Shown in pieces: positions 9,615-19,372 of a stretch of DNA of 64,000 nt. Within the stretch, counting starts at the first letter, position 1. Each line of letters starts with the position of its first letter. The notes beneath the pieces are model-generated. The model was not told the DNA's origin. It did not search any database and was given only the letters and a program-made list of their open reading frames with translations. This DNA is from an uncultured Bacilli bacterium (GTDB lineage Bacteria; Bacillota_I; Bacilli_A; RF39; UBA660). Where the stretch lies: NCBI GenBank assembly GCA_934096175.1, contig CAKOLG010000003.1, forward strand, positions 1 to 64,000. Direction: 5' to 3'. Made by a program: the position numbers and the translations under genes.

Positions 9615-10559
9615 ATGAAGTTAAGCATTATAATTCCTTGTAAAAATGAAGCAGGAAATGTTACTGGTTTATACGATAAGATGAGTAATACTTTAAAAAA
9701 GATTAAATATGAAATGATTTTTATAGATGATGGTTCATCAGATAATACCATGAATGAACTAAGAACATTATATGAAAAAGATATGTTACACGTTAAAGTT
9801 CTTTCTTTTTCTAGAAATTTTAAAAAAGAAGCAGCTATGTTGGCTGGTTTAAAGCATGCTAGTGGTGAGTACACATGTATTATCGATGGTGATTTGCAAC
9901 AAAACCCTAATTATTTAATTCAAATGATGGAAGTATTAGATAATGAAAAAGAATATGATGAAGTTGCAATGGTTATGAAAGAAAGAAAAGCCGAAAGTGG
10001 TTTTATGGCTTTCTGTAAAAATATTTTTTATAAGTTAATGGATAAAATGAGTGATGTGCATTTTGAAAATGCTGCTTCTGATTTTAGAATGTTTAGAAAA
10101 AATGTCAGAGAAGCTATTTTAAGTTTAGGAGAAAATAATAGATTTTCTAAAGGAATATTTGCTTGGGTAGGATTTAACGTAAAATATTTACCTTATGATG
10201 TTGAGCCAAGAGTTAATGGAAAATCATCTTTTAATTTTAAATCTAGTTTAAATTATGCAATTGACGGAATCTTAGCTTTTTCAACTAAACCATTAAAATT
10301 ATCTTTTGGTATAGGAATATTTTGTTTGTTAGCATTTTTTATATATCTTTGTGTTTTGTTAGTTCAAGTATTGGCTTTTGATTTAATTTTTCAACCTATA
10401 TTTATTGTTATCTTGTTGATTTTATTTTTAGCTGGTATGCAATTTATTGTAATTGGTTTATTAGGACAATATTTAGCAAAAGCTTATTTGGAAGTTAAAA
10501 ATAGACCTGTATATATAATAAAAGAAAAATTAGGTTTTAATGATGAAAATATTTTATAG
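9615..10559 (+). CDS. Family-2 glycosyltransferase (GtrB/CsbB/DPM1-like bactoprenol-sugar transferase) with C-terminal TM helices.
   Basis: IIIPCKNE, FIDDGSSD and IDGDLQ motifs; a GAGAGGTG RBS precedes ATG 9615. Confidence 0.8.
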   Translation: MKLSIIIPCKNEAGNVTGLYDKMSNTLKKIKYEMIFIDDGSSDNTMNELRTLYEKDMLHVKVLSFSRNFKKEAAMLAGLKHASGEYTCIIDGDLQQNPNYLIQMMEVLDNEKEYDEVAMVMKERKAESGFMAFCKNIFYKLMDKMSDVHFENAASDFRMFRKNVREAILSLGENNRFSKGIFAWVGFNVKYLPYDVEPRVNGKSSFNFKSSLNYAIDGILAFSTKPLKLSFGIGIFCLLAFFIYLCVLLVQVLAFDLIFQPIFIVILLILFLAGMQFIVIGLLGQYLAKAYLEVKNRPVYIIKEKLGFNDENIL

Positions 10560-10629
10560 AAATGAATATCATTTCTATTTTTTTTTAGAAAAAAATGTTA
10601 TAATGCATATAATGTAGAGGTGAGTTGTT

Positions 10630-11484
10630 ATGAAAATGAAAAAACTTTTGCAAAAGTTATTGGTTTTATTACTTGTTATTACACCGTTTGCTTTAGTTTT
10701 AAATGTTAAAGCTGATTCTGGTTGGGATTCCGATTATGATTCTGGTGGTAGTAGTGATTGGAGTTCGTCAAGTAGTGACTGGAGTTCATCAAGTAGTGAT
10801 TGGGATTCTTCTAGTGATGATGGAAGTATCAGTTTTAGTCTTACAACAATTATTTTTGTAGTTATTGTGATTGTTGCGATTTGTATGGAACTAAGTAAGA
10901 AAAAAGAAGAAGCATCTACTGATTTACAATTATATCAAGATGTTAGTGAAGATAAACTTAAGGAAATATTACCAAATTTAACTTTAAGTTATTTAAAAAA
11001 TATGGCATTTGATAAGTTTGTTGAAATACAAAATGCTTGGATGGAATTTGATTATGATAAGTTAAGAGAGTTATGTACTGATGAGTTATATAATAGTTAT
11101 ACGTCTCAACTTGATGTTTTAAAAATTAAAAATGGTAAAAATATAATGAGTGATTTTAAAGCTCTAGAAACAAAAATAATTGATATTGTAGAGCAAAATG
11201 GTAACGTAAGTGTTAAAGTTTATATGAGAGTTTCTTTCTATGATTATGTAATAGATACAACTAATAATGCTGTTACTAGAGGAAATAAAAATAGTAAAAT
11301 TGTTAATAATTATGTTATGACATTTGTAAGAAGTAAAGAGGGAATTAATAAAGATATTAGTTGTCCAAACTGTGGAGCGCCTATTAAAGCAAATACTTCT
11401 GGTGAATGTGAATATTGTGGAAGTACAATTGTTAAAGATGCAAGTGATTTTGTGTTAAGTAAGAAAACTAATATAAATAAATAA
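10630..11484 (+). CDS. Membrane protein with a signal peptide, an extracellular S/D/W repeat, a TM segment, a Tim44-like cytoplasmic domain and a C-terminal zinc ribbon (CPNCGAP..CEYCGS). YdjG/YdjH-like.
   Basis: Domain order read from the protein; it is a paralogue of 11543..12088. Confidence 0.6.
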   Translation: MKMKKLLQKLLVLLLVITPFALVLNVKADSGWDSDYDSGGSSDWSSSSSDWSSSSSDWDSSSDDGSISFSLTTIIFVVIVIVAICMELSKKKEEASTDLQLYQDVSEDKLKEILPNLTLSYLKNMAFDKFVEIQNAWMEFDYDKLRELCTDELYNSYTSQLDVLKIKNGKNIMSDFKALETKIIDIVEQNGNVSVKVYMRVSFYDYVIDTTNNAVTRGNKNSKIVNNYVMTFVRSKEGINKDISCPNCGAPIKANTSGECEYCGSTIVKDASDFVLSKKTNINK

Positions 11485-11542
11485 GAGGAAGTGTTTTAAA
11501 ACATTTCTTTTTTTGATATAATTATTATAGGGAGGATAGGAT

Positions 11543-12088
11543 ATGAGTGTAGAAGAATTTAGAAAAATTGATACAACTTTTAATGAAAGTATGTTTATAA
11601 CAAAAGTTAATAATATTTTTGTTAAATTATTTACAGCTATAATGTTAGATAAGTTAGATACAGTAGAACACTTTATTAGTGAAGATGTTTATAATTATGC
11701 TAGTAATATTTTAAATAATGCTAAGGGTAATGGATGGCGTCAAATGTATGATGAATTAAATGTAAAAGAAAGTAGAATAGCTGATATAGAAGTAAATAAT
11801 GATGTATATATAATAAAAGTTTACTTGCAATCAAGATATATGGATTATATAATAAACTTAAGTAATGGTACTTTGGTTTCTGGCAATAATAAGTCAAGAA
11901 TTCAAGTTGATTATAATTTGGTATTTACTAAGAAAAGTAATGCATTGAAGCAGGGTATCATTAGAAAATGCCCAGGATGTGGTGCACCGGTAAATGTTAA
12001 CACATCTGGTATATGTGAGTATTGTGGATCAAAATATAATCAAGAAGATTATGATTGGGTACTTACAAGTTTAGAAAAAATGAGCTAG
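11543..12088 (+). CDS. Tim44-like domain protein with a C-terminal zinc ribbon (CPGCGAP..CEYCGS).
   Basis: Paralogous to the C-terminal half of the preceding gene; GGGAGGA RBS. Confidence 0.6.
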   Translation: MSVEEFRKIDTTFNESMFITKVNNIFVKLFTAIMLDKLDTVEHFISEDVYNYASNILNNAKGNGWRQMYDELNVKESRIADIEVNNDVYIIKVYLQSRYMDYIINLSNGTLVSGNNKSRIQVDYNLVFTKKSNALKQGIIRKCPGCGAPVNVNTSGICEYCGSKYNQEDYDWVLTSLEKMS

Positions 12089-12101
12089 GAGGTAATGTAA
12101 A

Positions 12102-13286
12102 ATGGGTTTAATTAAAGCTCTAACTAATTCAGTTTCAACTGCTATTGGCGATCAATTTAAAGAGTTCGTTAATCTTCCTCAAGTAGGAACTGATGTATTA
12201 ATTGTAAGAGGAAGTGTAAAACATGGAGAGGGAAATAAAAATTTCTCTGAAAATGTAATATCAAACGGAAGTAAAATTGTTATTCCTCAAGGATGGGCAA
12301 TGATGCTTGTTGATAATGGTAAGGTAGAATTTTCTTCTGAACCTGGAGAATATACTTATGATAACAGTAGTGAACCAAGTATTTTTTTTGGAGGTTTAGG
12401 TAAAGGTATTTTAAATACTTTTAAAACTATTGGTAGCAGATTTACTTTTGGTGGTCAAACTGCTAAAGATCAAAGAGTATATTATATTAATTTATTAAAT
12501 GTAACTGGAAATAAGTTTGGTTCTAGTTCACCAAAAGATGTTTATGATGAAACTTATCAAATGTCTATTAAAATGACTTTCTATGGTTCATTTGCTTATA
12601 AAGTTGATGATCCTATTGCGTTAGTTAATACTGTTATTGGTGCTAATCCTAAAGATGAAGTTACTTTTAATGAAGTTTTTGGTACACAATTTAAAGGCGA
12701 ATTTAACGAGCAAATGCATAAAGCATTGACTAATATTATGGCTGAAAAGAAAATTAGATTCTCACAAATAGGTATTTATGGTAGCGAGATTTCCGATCAA
12801 ATGAATGCTATTTTAAGCGAAAAATGGGGTTCTAAGTATGGTGTTATAATTACTGATGTTTCAATGGAAAATATTGGAACTACTGATGAATATACACAAA
12901 TTATCAAAGATATTGAAGCTAAGGTTAATGAAACAAGAATGATGGGTCAAGCTTACAGCAACAATATGGCTGGTGCAATGGCTGCTGCAACTGCTGAAGC
13001 AATGAAAAATGCCTCAGCAAATGAAAATGGTGCAATGATGGGATTTGCTGGCTTAAATATGGCACAAAACGCTGGAGCTAGTGTAATGAATTCTGTTGCT
13101 GGAATGACTGCTCAACAAGCTCCACAAAGTCAAGTAAGTGAAACTCCTAGCGCAAATAGTGAAGCTGTTGCTCAACCTAGCACAACTGATTCTACTGCTA
13201 GTGCTATTCCTAATTTTTGTCCAAATTGTGGAAGTAAAACTAACGGAGCTAACTTCTGTGGAAATTGCGGGACAAAATTAAATTAA
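12102..13286 (+). CDS. SPFH/Band-7 (Band_7_1, YdjI-like) protein with an Ala/Met-rich region and a C-terminal double CxxC zinc ribbon.
   Basis: MGLIKAL N-terminus typical of the Band_7_1 family; CPNCG..CGNCG at the C-terminus; AGGAGG RBS. Confidence 0.55.
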   Translation: MGLIKALTNSVSTAIGDQFKEFVNLPQVGTDVLIVRGSVKHGEGNKNFSENVISNGSKIVIPQGWAMMLVDNGKVEFSSEPGEYTYDNSSEPSIFFGGLGKGILNTFKTIGSRFTFGGQTAKDQRVYYINLLNVTGNKFGSSSPKDVYDETYQMSIKMTFYGSFAYKVDDPIALVNTVIGANPKDEVTFNEVFGTQFKGEFNEQMHKALTNIMAEKKIRFSQIGIYGSEISDQMNAILSEKWGSKYGVIITDVSMENIGTTDEYTQIIKDIEAKVNETRMMGQAYSNNMAGAMAAATAEAMKNASANENGAMMGFAGLNMAQNAGASVMNSVAGMTAQQAPQSQVSETPSANSEAVAQPSTTDSTASAIPNFCPNCGSKTNGANFCGNCGTKLN

Positions 13287-13292
13287 TAAAGT

Positions 13293-13322
13293 AAAAAAGT
13301 GATTCGAAATCACTTTTTTTAT
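13293..13322. terminator. Bidirectional rho-independent terminator (AAAAAAGTGATTCGAAATCACTTTTTTT).
   Basis: Perfect hairpin flanked by A-runs and T-runs. Confidence 0.6.
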
Positions 13323-13337
13323 TTTGTAATAAATTTA

Positions 13338-13670
13338 TTACCTTAAATCGTAGTCATTTAATTTATCTAACTTAATTATTTCTTTGGTACTTTTAAAGAT
13401 ATGTTTACTACGTAGTTTATCATAAATTGTTTCGGCACCAATCCAAGTAATAATCCCTACTTCAATGCACATTACTGTATCTAAATTAGTGAATAGTTTA
13501 CTGATAAAAAAGCCTATTAGAAGATTGGCAAAAATACTAATAATTGACATTATTTTTTTACTTTTGATTATTTTAGTTTCTTTTATTTTTTGGAGACATA
13601 CTGTTGATATAACACCACATAAAATTCCTAACCATAAAACATTTATAAAGAGATCAAATTTAAAAGTCAT
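13338..13670 (-). CDS. Small hypothetical membrane protein (110 aa).
   Basis: Three hydrophobic helices; no family recognised. Confidence 0.45.
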   Translation of the reverse strand: MTFKFDLFINVLWLGILCGVISTVCLQKIKETKIIKSKKIMSIISIFANLLIGFFISKLFTNLDTVMCIEVGIITWIGAETIYDKLRSKHIFKSTKEIIKLDKLNDYDLR

Positions 13671-13707
13671 TTTAACACCTCATTATAAGATATTAAAAAA
13701 AGAAGAA

Positions 13708-13926
13708 TTATTTCTTCTTTAATGAATTAAATTTATATATAAGGTTTGTTCGACGTGTTTTTTCTGTTTCAATATCTCTAATATAAACATTATTTTGTTC
13801 TTTTATGATATTTCCTTCTTTTATATTAACTGGTAGTAAAGCTATATTTACTTCCGTTTTTTCGCCAGTTATAATATTTTCAATTATAGCTATTTTGTCT
13901 TCTATTCGATCAATACTATATTTCAT
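13708..13926 (-). CDS. DUF3006-like small protein (MKYSIDRIEDKIAIIE...).
   Basis: Size and N-terminal motif resemble DUF3006, a family that typically sits next to ComEC-like MBL genes. Confidence 0.45.
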   Translation of the reverse strand: MKYSIDRIEDKIAIIENIITGEKTEVNIALLPVNIKEGNIIKEQNNVYIRDIETEKTRRTNLIYKFNSLKKK

Positions 13927-13935
13927 ATTGCGCTC

Positions 13936-14820
13936 CTAACCATTTGTATCTGTTTTCTCATTAGTTATATTTATATTTTTTCCATCACTTGTTAATATTA
14001 TTGTCCCTAATTCGCTTGTCATGTAGATGTTATTTGTATATTTTTTTATTCTATTTATTGTTGATGTTGCTGGGTGACCATAATTATTGTCTTTACCAAC
14101 TGAAATTATGGCATATGTTGGTGTAACTTTAGCTAAAAATTCTTCTGTTGTACTATAAGCAGAGCCATGGTGGCCAACTTTTAAGACATCAACATCAATA
14201 TTATTATTTATTATTTTCTTTTCTGTTTGACTGGTTGCATCACCAGTAAATAAGTAACTAAATTTACCAAAGGTCATTTTCAAAACTATTGAACTATTGT
14301 TTAAATCTTTGTTGTCTGTACCAGTGTATATTACTTCTAAATCTGCTTGGCCTAGTTGGTACGTTTCACCAATTGTTGGGACTGTAATAGATAGATTATT
14401 TTTTTCAATAGCGTTTAAAACATCTTCAAAAGTTTTAGTAGTAGTATATGCTTCAGGTAATAAGATATTTTCGATTTGAAAATTGTTAATTATATCATCT
14501 AAACCACCTATGTGATCTTCATGCGGATGAGTCCCTACAACATAATCGAAGTTGGTTATTCCTAAGTTTTTTAGATATGATACTAATTTTGGCCCATCTT
14601 CATTATTTCCAGCATCAATAAGCATATTATGGTTATTGTTAGTAATTAAGATACTATCTGCTTGGCCTACGTCTATAAAATATACATTTAAATTGGTTGA
14701 AACTGAATTAGTATTTTGAGAATATGATTCATTTATATTTTCGTTAGTTAGTATGTTATAAATTATAATAATAATTACACTAATGATTAAAAATAAAAAT
14801 TTTTTTTGATTCTTTTTCAT
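13936..14820 (-). CDS. Secreted MBL-fold metallo-hydrolase (ComEC C-terminal lactamase_B-like).
   Basis: N-terminal signal/TM; DVGQADS, HPHEDHIGG and VGHHGS motifs. Confidence 0.75.
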   Translation of the reverse strand: MKKNQKKFLFLIISVIIIIIYNILTNENINESYSQNTNSVSTNLNVYFIDVGQADSILITNNNHNMLIDAGNNEDGPKLVSYLKNLGITNFDYVVGTHPHEDHIGGLDDIINNFQIENILLPEAYTTTKTFEDVLNAIEKNNLSITVPTIGETYQLGQADLEVIYTGTDNKDLNNSSIVLKMTFGKFSYLFTGDATSQTEKKIINNNIDVDVLKVGHHGSAYSTTEEFLAKVTPTYAIISVGKDNNYGHPATSTINRIKKYTNNIYMTSELGTIILTSDGKNINITNEKTDTNG

Positions 14821-14883
14821 ATAACTACCTACTTTGTATTAATAATTATAACATGTAATTTGAAATAGATATATAAATTCATA

Positions 14884-14912
14884 AAAAAACAAGCTTTATT
14901 TGCTTGTTTTTA
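14884..14912. terminator. Hairpin AAACAAGC..GCTTGTTT with flanking A/T runs, just 3' of tRNA-Cys.
   Basis: Inverted repeat followed by a T-run on the minus strand. Confidence 0.5.
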
Positions 14913-14920
14913 TCTCTATA

Positions 14921-14995
14921 TGGAGGGCCTAGTCGGATTTGAACCAACGAATCAGGGAGTTGCAGTCCCACGCCTTACCACTTGGCTATAGACCC
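14921..14995 (-). tRNA. tRNA-Cys (anticodon GCA) with an encoded CCA end.
   Basis: Cloverleaf folded by eye: 7-bp acceptor stem, anticodon loop CTGCAAC, GTTCAAATC T-loop and a CCA end. Confidence 0.85.
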
Positions 14996-15058
14996 GTATG
15001 CATGTCTTAAAGACATGCTTTAATTTTATATCATGTAATTATAAAAGTCAACAGGTAT

Positions 15059-16663
15059 TTATTCTTTAAGTTTAATAGTAAAGACTTTATTTCTAATAGA
15101 TATTTTTAAAGTTATTTTTTGGGTAAAACTTCTTGTTATCATTTCTGGCACTTCGTATATTTTTACATCAGTGATGTATTTTGGCGTTACATTTTTTAGT
15201 GTTGCAACGTATGTTTTATCAGTTTGTAAATTATTATAGTTATAAACTATTGTAGCAAAGTCAGAGTAAAAATCTTTTGTGCCATTAGCATAATATGCTG
15301 TAGTATTATCCCAATCAATGTTATCTTCAATTATAGCTAAAGAATTGCCAGTTGATGGTAGTATTGTGTCTTTTACATTATAACATTCGTCTGTAGTTGT
15401 ACATTTTTGATAACTATAACTATATTTTTTATCAAAAGTTATATTTCTTAAAGTATATGTTGTATTTCCTAGTAAGGTGTCTTTTAAGTTTATTTCTGTG
15501 CCTAGTTTAGCCACTCCCATATTTTCTTTTTTAGTTATATTATTTGGTTTAATAGTAACTATTTTATAAGATGGAATTAGTTTACCTGGTTCAGATTTTA
15601 AAGCACTTAAAATTTTCATTTGGTATTGTCTTTTGACTAGTGAGCTATCTATTTCATAAACTAAAACATAGTCATTAGATGTATTAGAATAAATAGTTTC
15701 ACCTTGGTAGTTTTTACCTATATCAATAAAACGACTGCTACGATCATATTTTGGATACAACACTTTATTACCAATAAATATCCTAAAATTAGATTTGTCA
15801 ATTGATTGATCTGTTAATGTTCTATTTTGAATAGCTATTTTTACTGCTAAGTAATACTTGCCTTCAGCAATAGTATTACCGCTATAATCGACGTCTGATA
15901 TATAACTTTCTTTTAAAGTCATTGTAAATGAATCTAAAGCAAAAGCTTGGTAAACATTATATTTTTTGTTATAAATTTCAAAGTTGAGATAACCGACTAT
16001 AATAATTAATAATGCTAAACCAACTCCTAGGCAAGTGAAAACAAATTTATTTTCTAATACATAATATTTTAATTCGCGAAGAATATGAACAAATTTTCTT
16101 TTTACTGTATAGCTATCCGCCCCAATTTTTAGTTCTACTTCCGCATCATCGTCGTCAGTTACTTGTAAATCGACATTGCCATCAAATCTAAATGATTTGT
16201 AATTAAAACCTAAACCTTTAGTAACTGTTGCAACCATTAATAGATAAACAGGTACGACTAAAATATTACCCATATCTCGCACAAAATTAGCAAATGTTTG
16301 ATCCATTGTACCTTTTTCTATGCTTTGCATTGATGCATAAAATAAAACTGTAGAAGCTAGTAAAATTAAATAATAAATGATACTAATAATATAATATAAA
16401 GTATTTTTTTTCTTGGATTTCATTAGTAAATAAATTATTGAATTAGCTATTATTAAGAAAAGCAACACAATGTAGATTAATATAGTTATGTAGTTACCAG
16501 CTATAATTGTTTCTGGTGTAGTGTATTGTGCGGCGACATACTCCCGAAAGAAACTAGCAATATCACCAAATTTAAATGCTAAATATAGCATAGGAATTAG
16601 TAATAATAAATGAATTATTTTAAAGTTTTTGATAAGAAAAGCATAGGGCTTTCTTATTATCAT
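15059..16663 (-). CDS. Polytopic membrane protein (about 5 N-terminal TM helices, with another segment in the middle) plus a large extracellular beta-rich C-terminal domain, possibly DUF4352-like.
   Basis: Hydrophobicity pattern; no enzymatic motif found. Confidence 0.55.
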   Translation of the reverse strand: MIIRKPYAFLIKNFKIIHLLLLIPMLYLAFKFGDIASFFREYVAAQYTTPETIIAGNYITILIYIVLLFLIIANSIIYLLMKSKKKNTLYYIISIIYYLILLASTVLFYASMQSIEKGTMDQTFANFVRDMGNILVVPVYLLMVATVTKGLGFNYKSFRFDGNVDLQVTDDDDAEVELKIGADSYTVKRKFVHILRELKYYVLENKFVFTCLGVGLALLIIIVGYLNFEIYNKKYNVYQAFALDSFTMTLKESYISDVDYSGNTIAEGKYYLAVKIAIQNRTLTDQSIDKSNFRIFIGNKVLYPKYDRSSRFIDIGKNYQGETIYSNTSNDYVLVYEIDSSLVKRQYQMKILSALKSEPGKLIPSYKIVTIKPNNITKKENMGVAKLGTEINLKDTLLGNTTYTLRNITFDKKYSYSYQKCTTTDECYNVKDTILPSTGNSLAIIEDNIDWDNTTAYYANGTKDFYSDFATIVYNYNNLQTDKTYVATLKNVTPKYITDVKIYEVPEMITRSFTQKITLKISIRNKVFTIKLKE

Positions 16664-16731
16664 ACTAAAATCACCCCTATTCTTTTATTATTATAACACA
16701 ACTGAATAAAAAAAAATATGATTAGTCAAAA

Positions 16732-17190
16732 TCACATTTTTTCATTTCTTTTTACCATTAATTGCCCTGGTAATAAATATATTGTTTCATTGCTTTGAAG
16801 TAAGTTATTAATGCCAACATTAAATTTCTTCGATACTGTTTCGATTGTATCGCCGTCAGTTGTTACATAATAGCTATAATTTTGTTTTGGAATAATTATC
16901 TCTTGATCAGGATATATATAATCATTAGCATTTAAACCATTTAGTAAAGATAATAAATCAGGATTTATATTATATTCTCTAGCAATTCCATAAATAGTGT
17001 CACCTTTTTTTATTGTATAATATTCAAAATATTTTTCTTTGTTAACAGGTACTATTATTTCTCTGCCTTCTTTGTAATAGTCTGGAAAAGGCATATTGTT
17101 TATATCCATTAAAATGGATTCTTTTGTATTAAATTTGTCTGCTATACTTCTTAAGGTGTCTCCTTGTTGTATTAGGTATTTATCATACAT
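16732..17190 (-). CDS. Protein with three LysM peptidoglycan-binding repeats and no signal peptide.
   Basis: Three repeats of the YxV/IxxGDTLxxIA LysM pattern. Confidence 0.8.
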   Translation of the reverse strand: MYDKYLIQQGDTLRSIADKFNTKESILMDINNMPFPDYYKEGREIIVPVNKEKYFEYYTIKKGDTIYGIAREYNINPDLLSLLNGLNANDYIYPDQEIIIPKQNYSYYVTTDGDTIETVSKKFNVGINNLLQSNETIYLLPGQLMVKRNEKM

Positions 17191-17228
17191 AAAATCACTC
17201 CTAATATAACATATGTTTCTTTTTTAAA

Positions 17229-18368
17229 TTAGTTATTAATAAATATATTGTTTTGGTAATTATATTCCCACTCACTATATTTCAAAAGGAGTGTTTCACC
17301 ATCTTTAATACTGTATTTATAAAGTTCATTATCTACAAGGTAATATACTGTATCATTTGTACTATAAACTATTTTTTTTATATTATTATCTGATACTTTA
17401 ATTGAATTGGAAAAATAGTTATATGTTAAATATAAATTATTATTTTTTATGTTATATATGTAATTATTTTTATATGTAAAAACTATATTTTCTAATTTTA
17501 TTTTACTTATAGATACTTTTTTTATTTCATCTTCATTATATATTAAGCCTTTTTTGTTTTCAGTACCTACTATACGCATTTTTTGTTTATGAGGAACTAT
17601 TTCATATTCAATGTTATTTTTTTTATCTAAGAGAAATATTGATTTATCATTAATACCTAAAATTTTACTGTCAAATGATATTGAATATTTTATTGACCAT
17701 TTTTTTACTTCATAATTAGTTAAGTTAAGAACATATATTTCTGTAAATTCATAATCTTGTTCATAATTTGGAATAATTATATAATTATTTATTTTAGTTG
17801 CTAAAGGAATTTCATAAATATCTTTATTAAAAATTTTTATATTTTTTATTTCGTTATTTTCAATATAATCAAAACCTTTATATGACCATATTAAAACTTC
17901 ATCAATGTTATTGTAGATTTCATAATTTTTTTTGTTATAAGAATTTTTTGAAATATCTGATTTATAATTTGGTAATTCTTTTTGTAATTCAATTGGTACT
18001 AAATTATACGATATTAAGTCATTTTTGTATGAACATAGCGGTTCTGATGATATATAATTACTATTTATTATTAAGCATGTATAATCATCATATGTTTGTT
18101 CTTCTATACTGTTAATCATTTTTTTAGTATTTATATGTTTATGTTCATATATAAAGTTATATGTAATGTTATTATATTTTATTTTATAATAATAAACTTT
18201 ATTTTCAGCATCAAAATTTTCACTTATGGCAAAGTCTTGATAATTATATTCAACACTATAATCTTTTCTTTGATTTGTGAATTTTAATATTAATAAAATT
18301 ATAATTACTATTATTAAAATTATTAAAAAAAAGCGAATTTTTTTCTTTAAATGTAATTTTTTTGGCAT
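17229..18368 (-). CDS. N-terminally anchored, extremely Asn/Tyr/Ile-rich extracytoplasmic protein.
   Basis: N-terminal TM; very AT-rich codon usage. Confidence 0.55.
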   Translation of the reverse strand: MPKKLHLKKKIRFFLIILIIVIIILLILKFTNQRKDYSVEYNYQDFAISENFDAENKVYYYKIKYNNITYNFIYEHKHINTKKMINSIEEQTYDDYTCLIINSNYISSEPLCSYKNDLISYNLVPIELQKELPNYKSDISKNSYNKKNYEIYNNIDEVLIWSYKGFDYIENNEIKNIKIFNKDIYEIPLATKINNYIIIPNYEQDYEFTEIYVLNLTNYEVKKWSIKYSISFDSKILGINDKSIFLLDKKNNIEYEIVPHKQKMRIVGTENKKGLIYNEDEIKKVSISKIKLENIVFTYKNNYIYNIKNNNLYLTYNYFSNSIKVSDNNIKKIVYSTNDTVYYLVDNELYKYSIKDGETLLLKYSEWEYNYQNNIFINN

Positions 18369-18369
18369 A

Positions 18370-18816
18370 TTATCTTTCGCTATGTAATGCTGAATATTTT
18401 TTCTTTTGTTCTATCATATTATAGGTAATGGCTGTTTCAACTTCTGCCAAACATTTTTTATCAAGATTAGTGATAAAGACTTCTTCTTTAACTGTATCAA
18501 TTGTAATTTTACCAAAAAATATTCCTTTATATACTTGCATATCATTAAACATATCAGGGGTGATAGAACTTAAGGTATAACCAGTTAGAATGTGATCTTG
18601 ACCAATTAATATTCTTTCATTTGTTATACAAAAAGCAGATGTTGAAAATATATCTAGAATATCATTGTTTTTTTGACCAATAAATGAATATAAAGGCTCT
18701 TCGCCTGGATTCAAATGTTCTTCAATAACTTTAGCATGTTTACGGTTTCTCCACCATGATATTGTACCTGGATATTTTGCTTTAAACATACATATTTGAT
18801 CATAAACTTTTCCCAT
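18370..18816 (-). CDS. Small cytoplasmic protein, possibly with a bacterial PH (bPH_2/YdbS-like) domain.
   Basis: Size and an LNPGEEPLY segment; weak support. Confidence 0.35.
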   Translation of the reverse strand: MGKVYDQICMFKAKYPGTISWWRNRKHAKVIEEHLNPGEEPLYSFIGQKNNDILDIFSTSAFCITNERILIGQDHILTGYTLSSITPDMFNDMQVYKGIFFGKITIDTVKEEVFITNLDKKCLAEVETAITYNMIEQKKKYSALHSER

Positions 18817-18821
18817 ATTAA

Positions 18822-19304
18822 TTACTCCATTTCTTCAATTAATGTATTTAATTCTTCAATATTAAATTCAGTTATAGACAGGATTGTATCTTTTTTTATT
18901 GTTATTATATAGTTACCCTTTATTTTAGATAATCTTTCATCAATTTCATAAAAAGCTATACTTTCTTTTTTAGATAATTTTCCAATTTCTAATAAGTATA
19001 TTTTAGTATTTTTATAAAAGCTTATTTTATTTATTAATTCAGTAAATTTTTTATATGTATTTGAATTATTATCTAGAACAGCTATGTTATATGTGTTGTC
19101 ATTTTTTAGCATTTTTTTAATTTTTTTATAATTAATATTAATATAATATTGTTTTTCATTATCAAATTCGGCATCTGGACTTCTTAGTATTATATTTTTA
19201 ACTATTTCTTTTTGATTGTTTTTTATATTAGATACTAGTAAAAAGTTCGTAATAAAAAGGCAGATAATTATTATTGATAATATAATATTTACTTTTTTTG
19301 GCAT
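18822..19304 (-). CDS. Small N-terminally anchored hypothetical protein.
   Basis: Start placed at MPKKV behind an AAAGGTGA RBS; one TM. Confidence 0.5.
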   Translation of the reverse strand: MPKKVNIILSIIIICLFITNFLLVSNIKNNQKEIVKNIILRSPDAEFDNEKQYYININYKKIKKMLKNDNTYNIAVLDNNSNTYKKFTELINKISFYKNTKIYLLEIGKLSKKESIAFYEIDERLSKIKGNYIITIKKDTILSITEFNIEELNTLIEEME

Positions 19305-19372
19305 ATAATTCACCTTTTCATATTAATATTTTATAATGATTTATTTTTTTATGCAATAAAAAGGAAACTATA

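Noticed and set aside
9530-9874. Minus-strand 114-aa ORF
   Set aside because: Overlaps the start and promoter of the well-supported glycosyltransferase gene; no RBS.
13465-13722. Plus-strand 85-aa ORF
   Set aside because: Antisense to the 110-aa membrane-protein gene and the DUF3006 gene.
14297-14479. Plus-strand 60-aa ORF
   Set aside because: Inside the MBL hydrolase gene.
14997-15025. Palindrome GCATGTCTTTAAGACATGC, read as a terminator for the 534-aa gene
   Set aside because: No T-run follows on the minus strand. It may be a weak or bidirectional structure, and was not listed as a feature.
17882-18287. Two plus-strand ORFs (77 aa and 63 aa)
   Set aside because: Poly-Phe/Ile/Tyr translations of the AT-rich antisense strand of the 379-aa gene.
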